Part shown: one piece after another, positions 19,580 to 28,470 of the stretch
How the letters are laid out: the number at the start of each line of letters is the position of its first letter
Numbering within the stretch: the first letter of the stretch is position 1
From: a bacterium
GTDB lineage: Bacteria > Desulfobacterota > DSWW01
DNA length: 59,965 nt
Direction of reading: 5' to 3'
Assembly (NCBI GenBank): GCA_040756235.1
Contig: JBFLZG010000029.1
Coordinates: 1 to 59,965 of the forward strand
Notes under the pieces: generated by a model
Told to the model about the DNA's origin: nothing
The model's input: the letters and a program-made list of their open reading frames with translations, nothing else
Databases searched by the model: none
Program-made: the position numbers and the translations under genes

Positions 19580-20413
19580 ATGGAACCAGATGCAAGGGTG
19601 CTCGTTCTGGATGACGATGCGGTCTCTCGAATGATGCTTTCCAAGATCCTCCAGAGAATCGGAGTGGAGGTGCTGGAGGCCGGGAGCACGAGTGAGGCCG
19701 AATCCCTGCTCCGTTCCCATCCCGACGTCATGCTGGTGATTTCGGATATCCTCATGCCCGAGGATGACGGCATCGAGTTCATCGCCCGGATCCAGAAAGA
19801 TCCTATGTTCAACCTGAAGGTCCTCTTCTGCTCGTCCTTGCGCGACCGGGAAACGATCGTGCGTGCCCGTGATCTGAGCGCCGAGGGGTTCATCATTAAA
19901 CCGCTCAAGCCTTCCTACGTCGCCCAGAAGGTGCAGGAGGTCCTGAGCAAGGTCGAGCCGGCCCTCGAACCTCCAAGGGTCGTTTGCAGGCGGCTGGGAA
20001 TACAGGAGGCGGACTACGAATCCCTGCTCGCGGGGCTGTTCCGGAACATCGAAGAAGAAAAGGGCAGGGTGGCGCTGCTCGAGACCGAGGACCGGGAGGA
20101 GAGCTGGAATACCGCGCTCGTCGGAATGAACGACATCCACGTCAACTCCGCCCAGCTCGGGGCGAACCGGCTGAAGGACCTGGCGCAAAGCGGCGTCGGC
20201 TGCCTCCGCAGCCGGCAGAAACAGGCGGTGGGCGCCCTGCTTCACGGGCTCGAGAGGGAGGTCTCCGTCATCCGGTATGTTCGAGAGCGCCAAAAACAGA
20301 GAGAAGAAGCCTTGCGGCAGATCAGGGAAAAGGACAGGGATCTGGCACCCAGAAAAGTTCCCGAACCAAAAGAACGCGCGGATCGCATCACGGTCCGCAG
20401 GACCGCACGGTAG
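19580..20413 (+). CDS. Response regulator receiver protein with C-terminal degenerate HPt-like helical domain
   Basis: LDDD, ISDILMP, SS, IIKP receiver residues; later SAQLGANRL resembles HPt helix; start 19568 or 19580. Confidence 0.8.
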   Translation: MEPDARVLVLDDDAVSRMMLSKILQRIGVEVLEAGSTSEAESLLRSHPDVMLVISDILMPEDDGIEFIARIQKDPMFNLKVLFCSSLRDRETIVRARDLSAEGFIIKPLKPSYVAQKVQEVLSKVEPALEPPRVVCRRLGIQEADYESLLAGLFRNIEEEKGRVALLETEDREESWNTALVGMNDIHVNSAQLGANRLKDLAQSGVGCLRSRQKQAVGALLHGLEREVSVIRYVRERQKQREEALRQIREKDRDLAPRKVPEPKERADRITVRRTAR

Positions 20414-20434
20414 AGGATAGGGTCAAGGTCAAGG

Positions 20435-20589
20435 TAGAGGCTGTCCCAAAACGCCTATCTGCGGCGTTGCACTCGTCCTTCGTCACTGCGGCGTACTTCC
20501 ATGTACGCCTCGTTCCTCAGGACTTCGTGCGCCTTGCATCCGGGCATTTTTGAACAGCCTCTGAATCGAGCCTGTTGGGACAGGCTCTA
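20435..20589. mobile_element. MITE family A, complete 155-bp copy
   Basis: Ends TAGAGGCTGTCCCAA ... TTGGGACAGGCTCTA (14/15 inverted match); same length and highly similar to 34568-34722. Confidence 0.85.
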
Positions 20590-20608
20590 AGGCACCCTTC
20601 CCCGACTC

Positions 20609-20953
20609 TCACGTGTAATCGTGCGTTCCCTGGACGACTTCGATGCCGAACTTGTTCTCGAGCATGGCCACGAGGTCCTCGACCTTGCGGTGCGGGCAGT
20701 CCGGCTTGGCGTTGACCATACAGGTGGTGAGGTGGATCTTGTCGGGCTTGATCTCGGAGAGCTTGATCGTGTATCCGGTGTTGGGTACCAGGGGTCTGCC
20801 CGGGCAGTAGCACTTGAGAAAACCCACGACCTGCGAAGGCTCGCCGAATTTGCCTTCACCCAGGGCCGCTGCCTTGAGACACTTCCAATCGCCGGGACAG
20901 CCGTACCCTTCGTCCATGTAAGATCCGCAGCCGATGATCACGACTTTCTTCAT
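20609..20953 (-). CDS. CGGC-domain putative metal-binding protein
   Basis: KVVIIGC, CPG..C, CYCPG, IHLTTC, CPH, VVQGTH; GGAGG RBS. Confidence 0.8.
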   Translation of the reverse strand: MKKVVIIGCGSYMDEGYGCPGDWKCLKAAALGEGKFGEPSQVVGFLKCYCPGRPLVPNTGYTIKLSEIKPDKIHLTTCMVNAKPDCPHRKVEDLVAMLENKFGIEVVQGTHDYT

Positions 20954-21129
20954 CGAGAGTCCTCCTGTCCGCTGATGGGCGAGTGCGATCCGACCCCAGG
21001 ACGGTAACGCGTGCATCTTGCCTCCGGCAAGCTTGTTTTTCAACCCGGTCCGCCGCCTCTCCGGCCGGCTGGATGGCGCAGGGGGTCGTGCGCTGCGCTC
21101 CCGCCTTTCCTTGGTGCTCGCACCTTTCC

Positions 21130-21159
21130 TTGACAGCTCTTTTCCGCCCGTCCTATAGT
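21130..21159 (+). promoter_or_regulatory. Sigma70-type promoter for acyl-CoA dehydrogenase
   Basis: TTGACA-N18-TATAGT about 100 bp upstream of the ATG. Confidence 0.5.
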
Positions 21160-21260
21160 CGGCTCCCCGATCCAAAGTGGGATGAGGTGTCCGATCCGAT
21201 TGTTTCTCCGGGACTGCCGGAGTCGAGCACAAGGGACGCTGCAGCACAAGGAGGCCGGCC

Positions 21261-22412
21261 ATGGCGCAACCATTGTTCCAGGAAGAGCACGAGATCTTCA
21301 GGAAATCGCTCCGCGACTTCGTGAACAAGGAAGTGAAGCCCTACGCCGAGAAGTGGGACGAGGAGCGGAACATCCCGCGAGAGGTCTGGAAGAAGCTCGG
21401 CGCCCAGGGCTTCCTCGGGTCCTGGATGGACGAGAAGTACGGCGGCTCCAAGACGGATTTCCTCTACAGCGTCGTCTTCGTCGAAACCCTCGGCGAGGGC
21501 GGCTCGGCCGGGCTGGCCATGGCCGTCGGAGTGCACAACGACATTGCAGCCCCCTATATCGACATGCTGGGCAACGAGGAACAGAAGATGAAGTGGCTGC
21601 CGGGGTGCGCGACCGGAGACCTGATCTGCGCCCTCGGCATCACGGAGCCCGGTGCCGGCTCGGACGTGGCCGCGATCCGCGCCACCGCCATCCGGCAGGG
21701 CGACTTCTACGTGATCAACGGCCAGAAGACCTTCATCACGAACGGGTACAACTGCGACATCGTCGTGCTCGCCGTGAAGACCGACCCCAAGGCGGTGCCG
21801 GCCCATGCCGGAGTGAGCCTCATCGTCGTAGAGAACGGCACTCCCGGATTCACCAAGGGAAGGAAGCTCGAAAAGTTGGGGTGTCACGCCTCGGACACGG
21901 CAGAGCTCAACTTCGAGGACTGCCGCGTGCCGGCCGCCAACCTCCTTGGCGGCGAGGGCATGGGGTTCGTGCCGATCATGCGCAACTTCCAACAGGAGCG
22001 TCTCATCTCCTCCATCGGATCGCTGAAGAGCTGCGACCTCATGCTCGATGCGACCATCGAGTATGCCAGGACCCGGGAAGCGTTCGGCAAGCCGATCATC
22101 AAGTTCCAGCACAACCTGTTCAAGATCGTCGAGATGAAGACCGAGGTCGAGATGGCCCGGGCCTTCACCTACAACCTGATCGAAGACTACCTGAACGGAC
22201 AGGACATCACGCTCAAGGTGTCCATGTCCAAATGGTTCAACGCGGAGCTGGCCAACCGGGTCGCCTACCAGTGCGTGCAACTCCACGGCGGCTACGGCTA
22301 CATGCGGGAGTACGCGATCTGCCGGGCCTTTGCGGACGTGAGGATGGGCACCATCGCCGCCGGCACGACCGAAGTCCTCAAGAACTACATCGGAAAGATG
22401 CTGGGCCTGTGA
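21261..22412 (+). CDS. Acyl-CoA dehydrogenase
   Basis: ITEPGAGSD, NGQKTFITNG, REAFGKPI, QLHGGYGY, GTTEV; AAGGAGG RBS. Confidence 0.95.
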   Translation: MAQPLFQEEHEIFRKSLRDFVNKEVKPYAEKWDEERNIPREVWKKLGAQGFLGSWMDEKYGGSKTDFLYSVVFVETLGEGGSAGLAMAVGVHNDIAAPYIDMLGNEEQKMKWLPGCATGDLICALGITEPGAGSDVAAIRATAIRQGDFYVINGQKTFITNGYNCDIVVLAVKTDPKAVPAHAGVSLIVVENGTPGFTKGRKLEKLGCHASDTAELNFEDCRVPAANLLGGEGMGFVPIMRNFQQERLISSIGSLKSCDLMLDATIEYARTREAFGKPIIKFQHNLFKIVEMKTEVEMARAFTYNLIEDYLNGQDITLKVSMSKWFNAELANRVAYQCVQLHGGYGYMREYAICRAFADVRMGTIAAGTTEVLKNYIGKMLGL

Positions 22413-22442
22413 AGGGTCCGATCGGATTCCGGAGTCCTCGTT

Positions 22443-22466
22443 GGGGCGACCGGCCGGTCGCCCTAC
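22443..22466. repeat. GTAG-type REP palindrome
   Basis: GGGGCGACCGGCCGGTCGCCCTAC between convergent genes; overlaps the KamA-family stop codon. Confidence 0.8.
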
Positions 22467-23596
22467 GGGTTCCGGTACTCCACGATCCGCCCGTTGTGAG
22501 CGCGCAGCACGGCCCCTTCGGCGTCCATCGAGAGGAGGTAGTGGGGCTCGAGCGGCACCTTGCCCGCCTTGCCGGGCAGGTCCACCATGAGCTTCGGGAT
22601 GCCGAGCCCGGAGACGCGGCCCTGCATCTCCTCCAGGATCCGGATGCCCGTCTGAAGAGGAGTCCGGAAGTGGCCGGCCCCCTCGACCGGATCGCACTGA
22701 TGGAGGTAGTACGGCCTGACCCGAATGCGGAGGAGCCCGCGGCAGAGGGACTTCATGGTTTCCGCGTCGTCGTTGATGCCTTTGAGCAGCACGGTCTGGT
22801 TGTTGACCGGAACCCCTGCCCGCAGGAGCCGCTCGCAGGCTGCCGCCGATTCCGCCGTGATCTCCCCGGGATGGTTGAACTGGGTGTTCAGCCAGATCGG
22901 GCCGTGCCGCTTGAGGACGCGGCACAGCGCGGGTGTGATCCGCTGGGGCAGCACGACCGGAGCGCGGCTCCCGATGCGCACGATCTCGACGTGAGGGACG
23001 CGGCGAATTCTGCCCAGGACCTCGTCCAGCCGGGAGTCGGAAAGGATCAGGGGGTCTCCGCCGGAGACGAGCACGTCCCTGATTTCCGGACGGCCTCTCA
23101 GATAGACCAGCGCCTGCTCCAGCTCCCGGGGGCCCATGTGCCATCCCGCTTGCTGCCACTGGCGTTTTCTCGTGCAGTGCCGGCAGTGGACGGCGCACCG
23201 GTTGGTGAGCAGCAGGAGCGCCCGGTCGGGGTAACGGTGCACGAGGCCGGGCACAGGGGTGTGCTCCGTCTCCTGCAGCGGATCCTGAGCTTCATCCGGC
23301 CTTGCGGTGAGCTCCTCGAGGTCAGGGATGACTTGCCTGCGGATGGGGTCCTCGGGGTCGTCGGGGCGGATGAGGGAGAGGAAGTAGGGCGCAATCGCGA
23401 CCGGGTAACGGCGGCTCACCCGGGAAATGCTGCCGATCTCCCGGGCGGTGAGCCAGGGGACCTGTTCGAGCTGGGCCGGGGCCGTGAGCCGGTGGGCGTA
23501 TTGCCATTGCCAGCGGTCCCACTCTCGAGACGGACTCTGTCCGCGGCGGGGCACGAGCCCGTCATCTGCAGGGTAAGAGACTGACTCCGCAGACAT
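22463..23596 (-). CDS. KamA-family radical SAM enzyme (lysine 2,3-aminomutase-like)
   Basis: HRYPDR, CAVHCRHCTR, SGGDPL, FNHP.E, NQTVLL, YYLHQCD, DLPGKAGK (PLP Lys); start uncertain. Confidence 0.9.
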   Translation of the reverse strand: MSAESVSYPADDGLVPRRGQSPSREWDRWQWQYAHRLTAPAQLEQVPWLTAREIGSISRVSRRYPVAIAPYFLSLIRPDDPEDPIRRQVIPDLEELTARPDEAQDPLQETEHTPVPGLVHRYPDRALLLLTNRCAVHCRHCTRKRQWQQAGWHMGPRELEQALVYLRGRPEIRDVLVSGGDPLILSDSRLDEVLGRIRRVPHVEIVRIGSRAPVVLPQRITPALCRVLKRHGPIWLNTQFNHPGEITAESAAACERLLRAGVPVNNQTVLLKGINDDAETMKSLCRGLLRIRVRPYYLHQCDPVEGAGHFRTPLQTGIRILEEMQGRVSGLGIPKLMVDLPGKAGKVPLEPHYLLSMDAEGAVLRAHNGRIVEYRNP

Positions 23597-23743
23597 TGCA
23601 GATGCCTCCGGGTTCGATCCGGTTTCAAAGAGAGTGCAGGCGCGGGACCGTCCCGGCGTGCAGGTGAAAACCGCGGCCTCGACGAGCGCCACGCATCAAG
23701 GATTATGGATGAAGATCGTCCGGGAGTCACCCGGGAGACCGAG

Positions 23744-25405
23744 ATGAGCGTGCGACTGGCGTTCGTGGCATATGAAACGCCCTTTGCGCCGTGCGGCGGC
23801 ATCGCCGCGGTCATCGACCGCCTGCCGGGGTATGTGCTCCTGGCGTCCGGACTGACCACCCTCGTGATCACCCCTTTCCACCACCGGATCGGGAAGACGC
23901 GCTCCCTCGAGGTCGAGAACCTGGGCTCCTTCTCCGTGCCTTTCGACGGAAAGCAGGTGAGGACGGAGCTTCTGAGGCGGGCGGGCCGGGTCCCCTGTTA
24001 TTTTCTCAGACCTGAAGACCCGCGGTTCTTTGCCGGCATCCGCCATCCCTATGACGTGGACCGAACCCCCGGGGAGGCGGCGGCGCGACTGCTCGAGGAC
24101 TCGCTGTTCTTCGGCGCCGCGGTCGCACGCGCCCTCGACCGGATCGAGCCCGAGACCTCCTGGCGCCTCCTGCTGCAGGACTGGGAGGCTGCAACCGTCG
24201 CGCTGAGCCTTGCGCCGGGAGACGGCCGGCACCGGATGTACCTCACCCTTCACAACAGTTACGACAGCCCGGCCTCGCCTGCGGACCTCCTGCGCGCGGG
24301 CGTGGACCCGGTCGCCTGCCCGGGACACACGATCCTCGACCGCGCTCTGGCTCGGGTCGAACGACCCGTTTTCACGGTGTCCGAACAGTTTGCGCTCGAT
24401 CTCACCGAGGACGTGCTGCAAGCCCGGATCATGGCCCCCCATTTGCGCGGCGAGCTGAGGCCCCGCCTGATCGGCGTGAACAACGGGCCGTTCGCCGAGC
24501 TCGCGGTCGGCGAGGAACTCCTGACGGCGGCGGCCGGCGGCCGGTTCGAGCCGTTACGGGAGTGGAAGGCGGCCAGGCGTCAGCAGGCCCTGGCGTCCCT
24601 CGAGGGCCTGGCTCCGGACGCGGACAGACCGGTTTGGGGCGACCTGAAGCGTTTCCGGCGGGAGGAGCCGCTCTGGTTCGTCCTGGCCGGCAGGGACGAC
24701 GCGCGCCAGAAAGGATACGACGTGGCCGTGGAGTCCATCCGGTCGTATCTTCGAGACGGCGGAGAGGGTTGTTTCCTGTTCTTTCCGATCCCGGGCGATG
24801 AGGGCCTGAGCGGACTCGAGTTTCTCAAAGAGCTGGCAGGGGAGTTTGCGGAAAGCGTATTGGCCTTTCCCTTTCTCCTGCGGGAAACCTACTTCGCCGT
24901 CCTCCAGGGCGCCTCCTACGGCCTCATGCCGTCCTTCTACGAGCCGTTCGGCATGGCCAACGAGTTCTACCTCAACGGAACGGTGGGCATCGGCCGCGCA
25001 ACCGGCGGCATCCTGATGCAGATCGTTCCGCTGCAGGCCGCCTCCTCCTACAGCCGGGCCGTCGAGGTGCGCGCCGCCAGGTGGCACTGCGGCTCTGCGC
25101 ATCCCACGGGCATCCTCTACCGTGAGCCTGACGGTCTCCCCTCCGCGCTGGGCGACTGGCGGGCGCTGAACGCCGACCAGCACGGCCCGGGCGGCGGAGC
25201 ACCGGACCGACTGGGGCAGCGCCGGACGCTGCCCCTGTTCCGGGCCATGGCGGACGAGCTCCGCTTCGCCCTGATGGACGCGGCGCTGCTCTACCGGGAA
25301 CGACCCCATCTCTACTATGGCATGCTGACCCAGGGGATCGCACATATCCGGCAGTGCTTCTCATGGGAGAGGGCTGCCCGGGAGTATCTGCGCGCTGTCC
25401 TCTAG
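23744..25405 (+). CDS. Divergent glycogen/starch synthase-like glycosyltransferase (GT5/GT-B)
   Basis: YETPFAPCGGIAAV, QDW, TLHN, TVS, RQKGYD, MPSFYEPFG, ATGGI, FSWERAAREY. Confidence 0.78.
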   Translation: MSVRLAFVAYETPFAPCGGIAAVIDRLPGYVLLASGLTTLVITPFHHRIGKTRSLEVENLGSFSVPFDGKQVRTELLRRAGRVPCYFLRPEDPRFFAGIRHPYDVDRTPGEAAARLLEDSLFFGAAVARALDRIEPETSWRLLLQDWEAATVALSLAPGDGRHRMYLTLHNSYDSPASPADLLRAGVDPVACPGHTILDRALARVERPVFTVSEQFALDLTEDVLQARIMAPHLRGELRPRLIGVNNGPFAELAVGEELLTAAAGGRFEPLREWKAARRQQALASLEGLAPDADRPVWGDLKRFRREEPLWFVLAGRDDARQKGYDVAVESIRSYLRDGGEGCFLFFPIPGDEGLSGLEFLKELAGEFAESVLAFPFLLRETYFAVLQGASYGLMPSFYEPFGMANEFYLNGTVGIGRATGGILMQIVPLQAASSYSRAVEVRAARWHCGSAHPTGILYREPDGLPSALGDWRALNADQHGPGGGAPDRLGQRRTLPLFRAMADELRFALMDAALLYRERPHLYYGMLTQGIAHIRQCFSWERAAREYLRAVL

Positions 25406-25413
25406 CGCAGATC

Positions 25414-26850
25414 TCAGCCGGGGCGAAGCTCGCCGCGTCCATCGTCCCGCGCCGCTCCGACCCCTCCCTTCCGATGCTGCTCGAAACTCCCGCTCGCCAT
25501 CGAGACGATTCGGTCCGGACCCGGACTTCCGCTCCCGTCCAGCGCCGCCAGCAAGCGCTCTGCGTGCTCCGTGAACGCCTCCATGTTGTCCGCCGAGACC
25601 GGGGGGCCGGACGGAATGTGCAGCTTCCGGGGATTCATGGGAACGCCGTGGCGAGTCATGCGGAAGCAGAGGTGCGGGCCGGTCGCCATTCCGCTCCGGC
25701 CCACGTAGCCGATGACCTGGCCTTGGGCGACCACGGTCCCCTTCTTGATCTTCCGGGCGAACCGGCTCAGGTGAAGATAGCTCGTTTCGAAGCCGCCGCG
25801 GTGACGGAGTCTTACGTACTTGCCGTTGTGCGCGTTGCGGGCGGCCTCGAGGACGGTGCCGCCGCCCACGGCCTTGACGGGAGTGCCCACCGGCGCTGCG
25901 TAGTCGATTCCCGGGTGAGGCATCCAGGTACGGGTGATCGGGTGCAGGCGTCTCTTGGAGTACCCAGAAGAGACACGGGAAAACACGAGAGGGGCCTCGA
26001 GGAACGCTTTGCGCACGCTCAGCCCCTGCGGAGTGTAGTATCGGGGAGGGTCGTCGCCGTCCTGGAAGAGGACGGCCCTGTAGGCCCTGTCTCCGTCTCG
26101 GAACTCCGCTGCCAGAACCCTTCCGTAGCCCGCAGGCTTTCCATCCCGGAAGCGCTGCTCCAGGAGAACTCTGAACGTGTCTCCTGCCTTCAGGTTACGC
26201 AGGAAGTCGACGTCCCACGCGAGGATTTCGACCAGAGCCGAGACGAGCTTCGGGTCCTGTCCGGAAGCGCCGATCTTTCGGATCGGCGAGCCCTGAACGG
26301 AGCCGCTGACCAGCACCGTCCGCACGGTATGAGGGATCGGCTCACGGGAGACCTGAAATCTGTCGCCCAGCCTCCGCACGAGCAGCTGGTCTTCCTGATC
26401 GATGCGGTAGATGAAGCTCTCCAGTCGTCCGTCCGCCGAGCGGATCTGGTAAGTCTGACCCGGGCGGATCTGTCGGACAGGGAAGACATCGTCGGATCTG
26501 CGGGCGATTCGATGGATGTCCTCAGGGGGAAGATAGTCACCGAGTAGGGATGTCAGGGTGTCGCCGTTCCTCACGGTGCCTTCGAAGACTCGCTCCGGAG
26601 CGCCAGGCTGACGGATAGTTGCGGATCGAACTTCAACCCTTGCTCGAGGAATGGGCGCATCCCTCGGTTCGCTGGCCGGCGGAGCCAGTGCCTCGATCGT
26701 GCAAAGCGGGAGAAGCACGGAGAGAATGCCGGCCAGGCGGCGCTGCCTGGTATGGCTCGAAGATGGACCCGGGTCTCTTGAGCTTCGAACGATCCCTGAC
26801 GCTGCTGTCCAGGGTCTCGCTGCCTTGTTGAAATACACGTATGATATCAT
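25414..26850 (-). CDS. M23 family peptidoglycan DD-endopeptidase (MepM/Csd3-like)
   Basis: HPGIDYAAPVGTPV, YLHLS, ATGPHL; N-terminal VRNGDTL module; true start uncertain. Confidence 0.87.
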   Translation of the reverse strand: MISYVYFNKAARPWTAASGIVRSSRDPGPSSSHTRQRRLAGILSVLLPLCTIEALAPPASEPRDAPIPRARVEVRSATIRQPGAPERVFEGTVRNGDTLTSLLGDYLPPEDIHRIARRSDDVFPVRQIRPGQTYQIRSADGRLESFIYRIDQEDQLLVRRLGDRFQVSREPIPHTVRTVLVSGSVQGSPIRKIGASGQDPKLVSALVEILAWDVDFLRNLKAGDTFRVLLEQRFRDGKPAGYGRVLAAEFRDGDRAYRAVLFQDGDDPPRYYTPQGLSVRKAFLEAPLVFSRVSSGYSKRRLHPITRTWMPHPGIDYAAPVGTPVKAVGGGTVLEAARNAHNGKYVRLRHRGGFETSYLHLSRFARKIKKGTVVAQGQVIGYVGRSGMATGPHLCFRMTRHGVPMNPRKLHIPSGPPVSADNMEAFTEHAERLLAALDGSGSPGPDRIVSMASGSFEQHRKGGVGAARDDGRGELRPG

Positions 26851-26987
26851 ATATTCAGAGTAGTTACAGCAACAATGTAATGTAATGTCTCAGGATGCCT
26901 GAGCGTCACGGTGTGCTGTTGAGATGCGCGGGATCGCCGGGCGGTTTTTGGACAGGATCGGCTGAGGACAGGCTCTGTGCGCGCCGG

Positions 26988-28343
26988 TCAGGAGCGCAGC
27001 CCGAGCAGGAAGTCCTTGAATTCGTCGTAGCTCCCGGAAAGGCGGACGAAGCCCGGCGTCTTCCGGTCGAGCTCCGTCATGCTCGGCGGCAGCTCCGGCT
27101 CCACGCCGATCTCCCGCAAAGGCTCGGGGAACTTGGCTGGGTGCGCGGTCTCCGTGGCGATGGAAAGGCACTCTTCCTCTCGCAGGGAGAGATAGCGGGA
27201 CAGGGCGGCCCAGCTCACGGCGCCGTGCGGCTCCAGGAGGATGCCATAGGTCTCGTAGACCTGCTGAATCGTCAGCCGCGTCAGATGGTCCGAGATGCTG
27301 ATCCCGACGCAGTCCCTCCGCATGCCCTCCAGGTCCGGCATTCGATCCACCACGCCCTTGCGGTCGATCCTGCCGCCGTACAGGGCGAACAGACGGCGCA
27401 TGTTGGAGGGGTTGCCCACGTTCATCGCGTTGGACATGCAGGCCCTGGAGGGCCGGATGGGCCGGTAGAGGCCGCTTTCGAGGAAAGCCGGAAACTCGTC
27501 GTTCTCGTTCGTGGCCACCAGGATGCGCCGCACCGGCTTGCCCATGCGCCGGGTGAGGAAGTCGGCGGTCACGTTGCCGAAGTTGCCCGAGGAGACTGCA
27601 TCCAGGACCGGTTCCCCCTTGCCGGATTCCACCGCCGTGTAGGCGTAGAAATGGTATGCGATCTGGGGCATGAGGCGGCACCAGTTGATCGAGTTCGCCG
27701 AGGTGAGCTTGAGGCCCGCCAGATCCGGGTCTTCGAAAGCGCGCATGGCGTTCGCCTGGAGCTCGTCGAACTTGGCGTCCGAGGCCACGGCCACGACGTT
27801 GCCGCCGAGCGTGTTCATCTGCCGGGCCTGCCGGTCGCTCACCTCGTGGACGGGGTAGGTGACGACGACCCGGAATCCTTCGAGTCCGAGGAAGGCGCTG
27901 GCGATCGCGCTCCCGGTGTCTCCGGAAGTGGCGACCAGGATGATCCGCTCCGCGTCTTCCTGGCCCTGGTAGTAGCGCATGGTGCGGGCCATGAAGCGCG
28001 CGGCAAAGTCCTTGAACGAGGCGGTGGGGCCGCGGTCCAGGCGAACGACGTAGCGCCGGTCCCGGACCCGCTCGACGGGCACCTCGAAGTCGTAGGCCTC
28101 GAAGGTGATGCGCTCGAGCTCTTGGGGCGGGATCTCTCCCTCGAGGAACCTCGACAGCACGGCCAGGGCGACCTCGGCGTAAGGCCTGCCTTTGAGCGCC
28201 TCGATCTCGTCTGCGTTCAGGCGCGGGATGCGGGCGGGCAGGTAGAGGCCGCCGTCGGGCGGCTGGCCCCGGAACAGGACCTCCCGGAACTCCGCGACAG
28301 GCGCCTGCCCGGACGTGCTGACGTAAAGGATCCTTTCGGCCAT
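26988..28343 (-). CDS. thrC: Threonine synthase
   Basis: DGGLYLP, GPTASFKDF, ATSGDTG, SANSIN, SGNFGN, TAHPAKF. Confidence 0.93.
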   Translation of the reverse strand: MAERILYVSTSGQAPVAEFREVLFRGQPPDGGLYLPARIPRLNADEIEALKGRPYAEVALAVLSRFLEGEIPPQELERITFEAYDFEVPVERVRDRRYVVRLDRGPTASFKDFAARFMARTMRYYQGQEDAERIILVATSGDTGSAIASAFLGLEGFRVVVTYPVHEVSDRQARQMNTLGGNVVAVASDAKFDELQANAMRAFEDPDLAGLKLTSANSINWCRLMPQIAYHFYAYTAVESGKGEPVLDAVSSGNFGNVTADFLTRRMGKPVRRILVATNENDEFPAFLESGLYRPIRPSRACMSNAMNVGNPSNMRRLFALYGGRIDRKGVVDRMPDLEGMRRDCVGISISDHLTRLTIQQVYETYGILLEPHGAVSWAALSRYLSLREEECLSIATETAHPAKFPEPLREIGVEPELPPSMTELDRKTPGFVRLSGSYDEFKDFLLGLRS

Positions 28344-28470
28344 GGGGGTTCGTTCCTCTTTGCAGTACGTAGGTGGCGGGGAGCCTGCCCCGGCGAAAGC
28401 CGGGGTCGGGACACCCACCGCACTCTGAGCCCGCTCGGCCGGCTCTCGGGTCAGATGAACCCCGGTCGCA

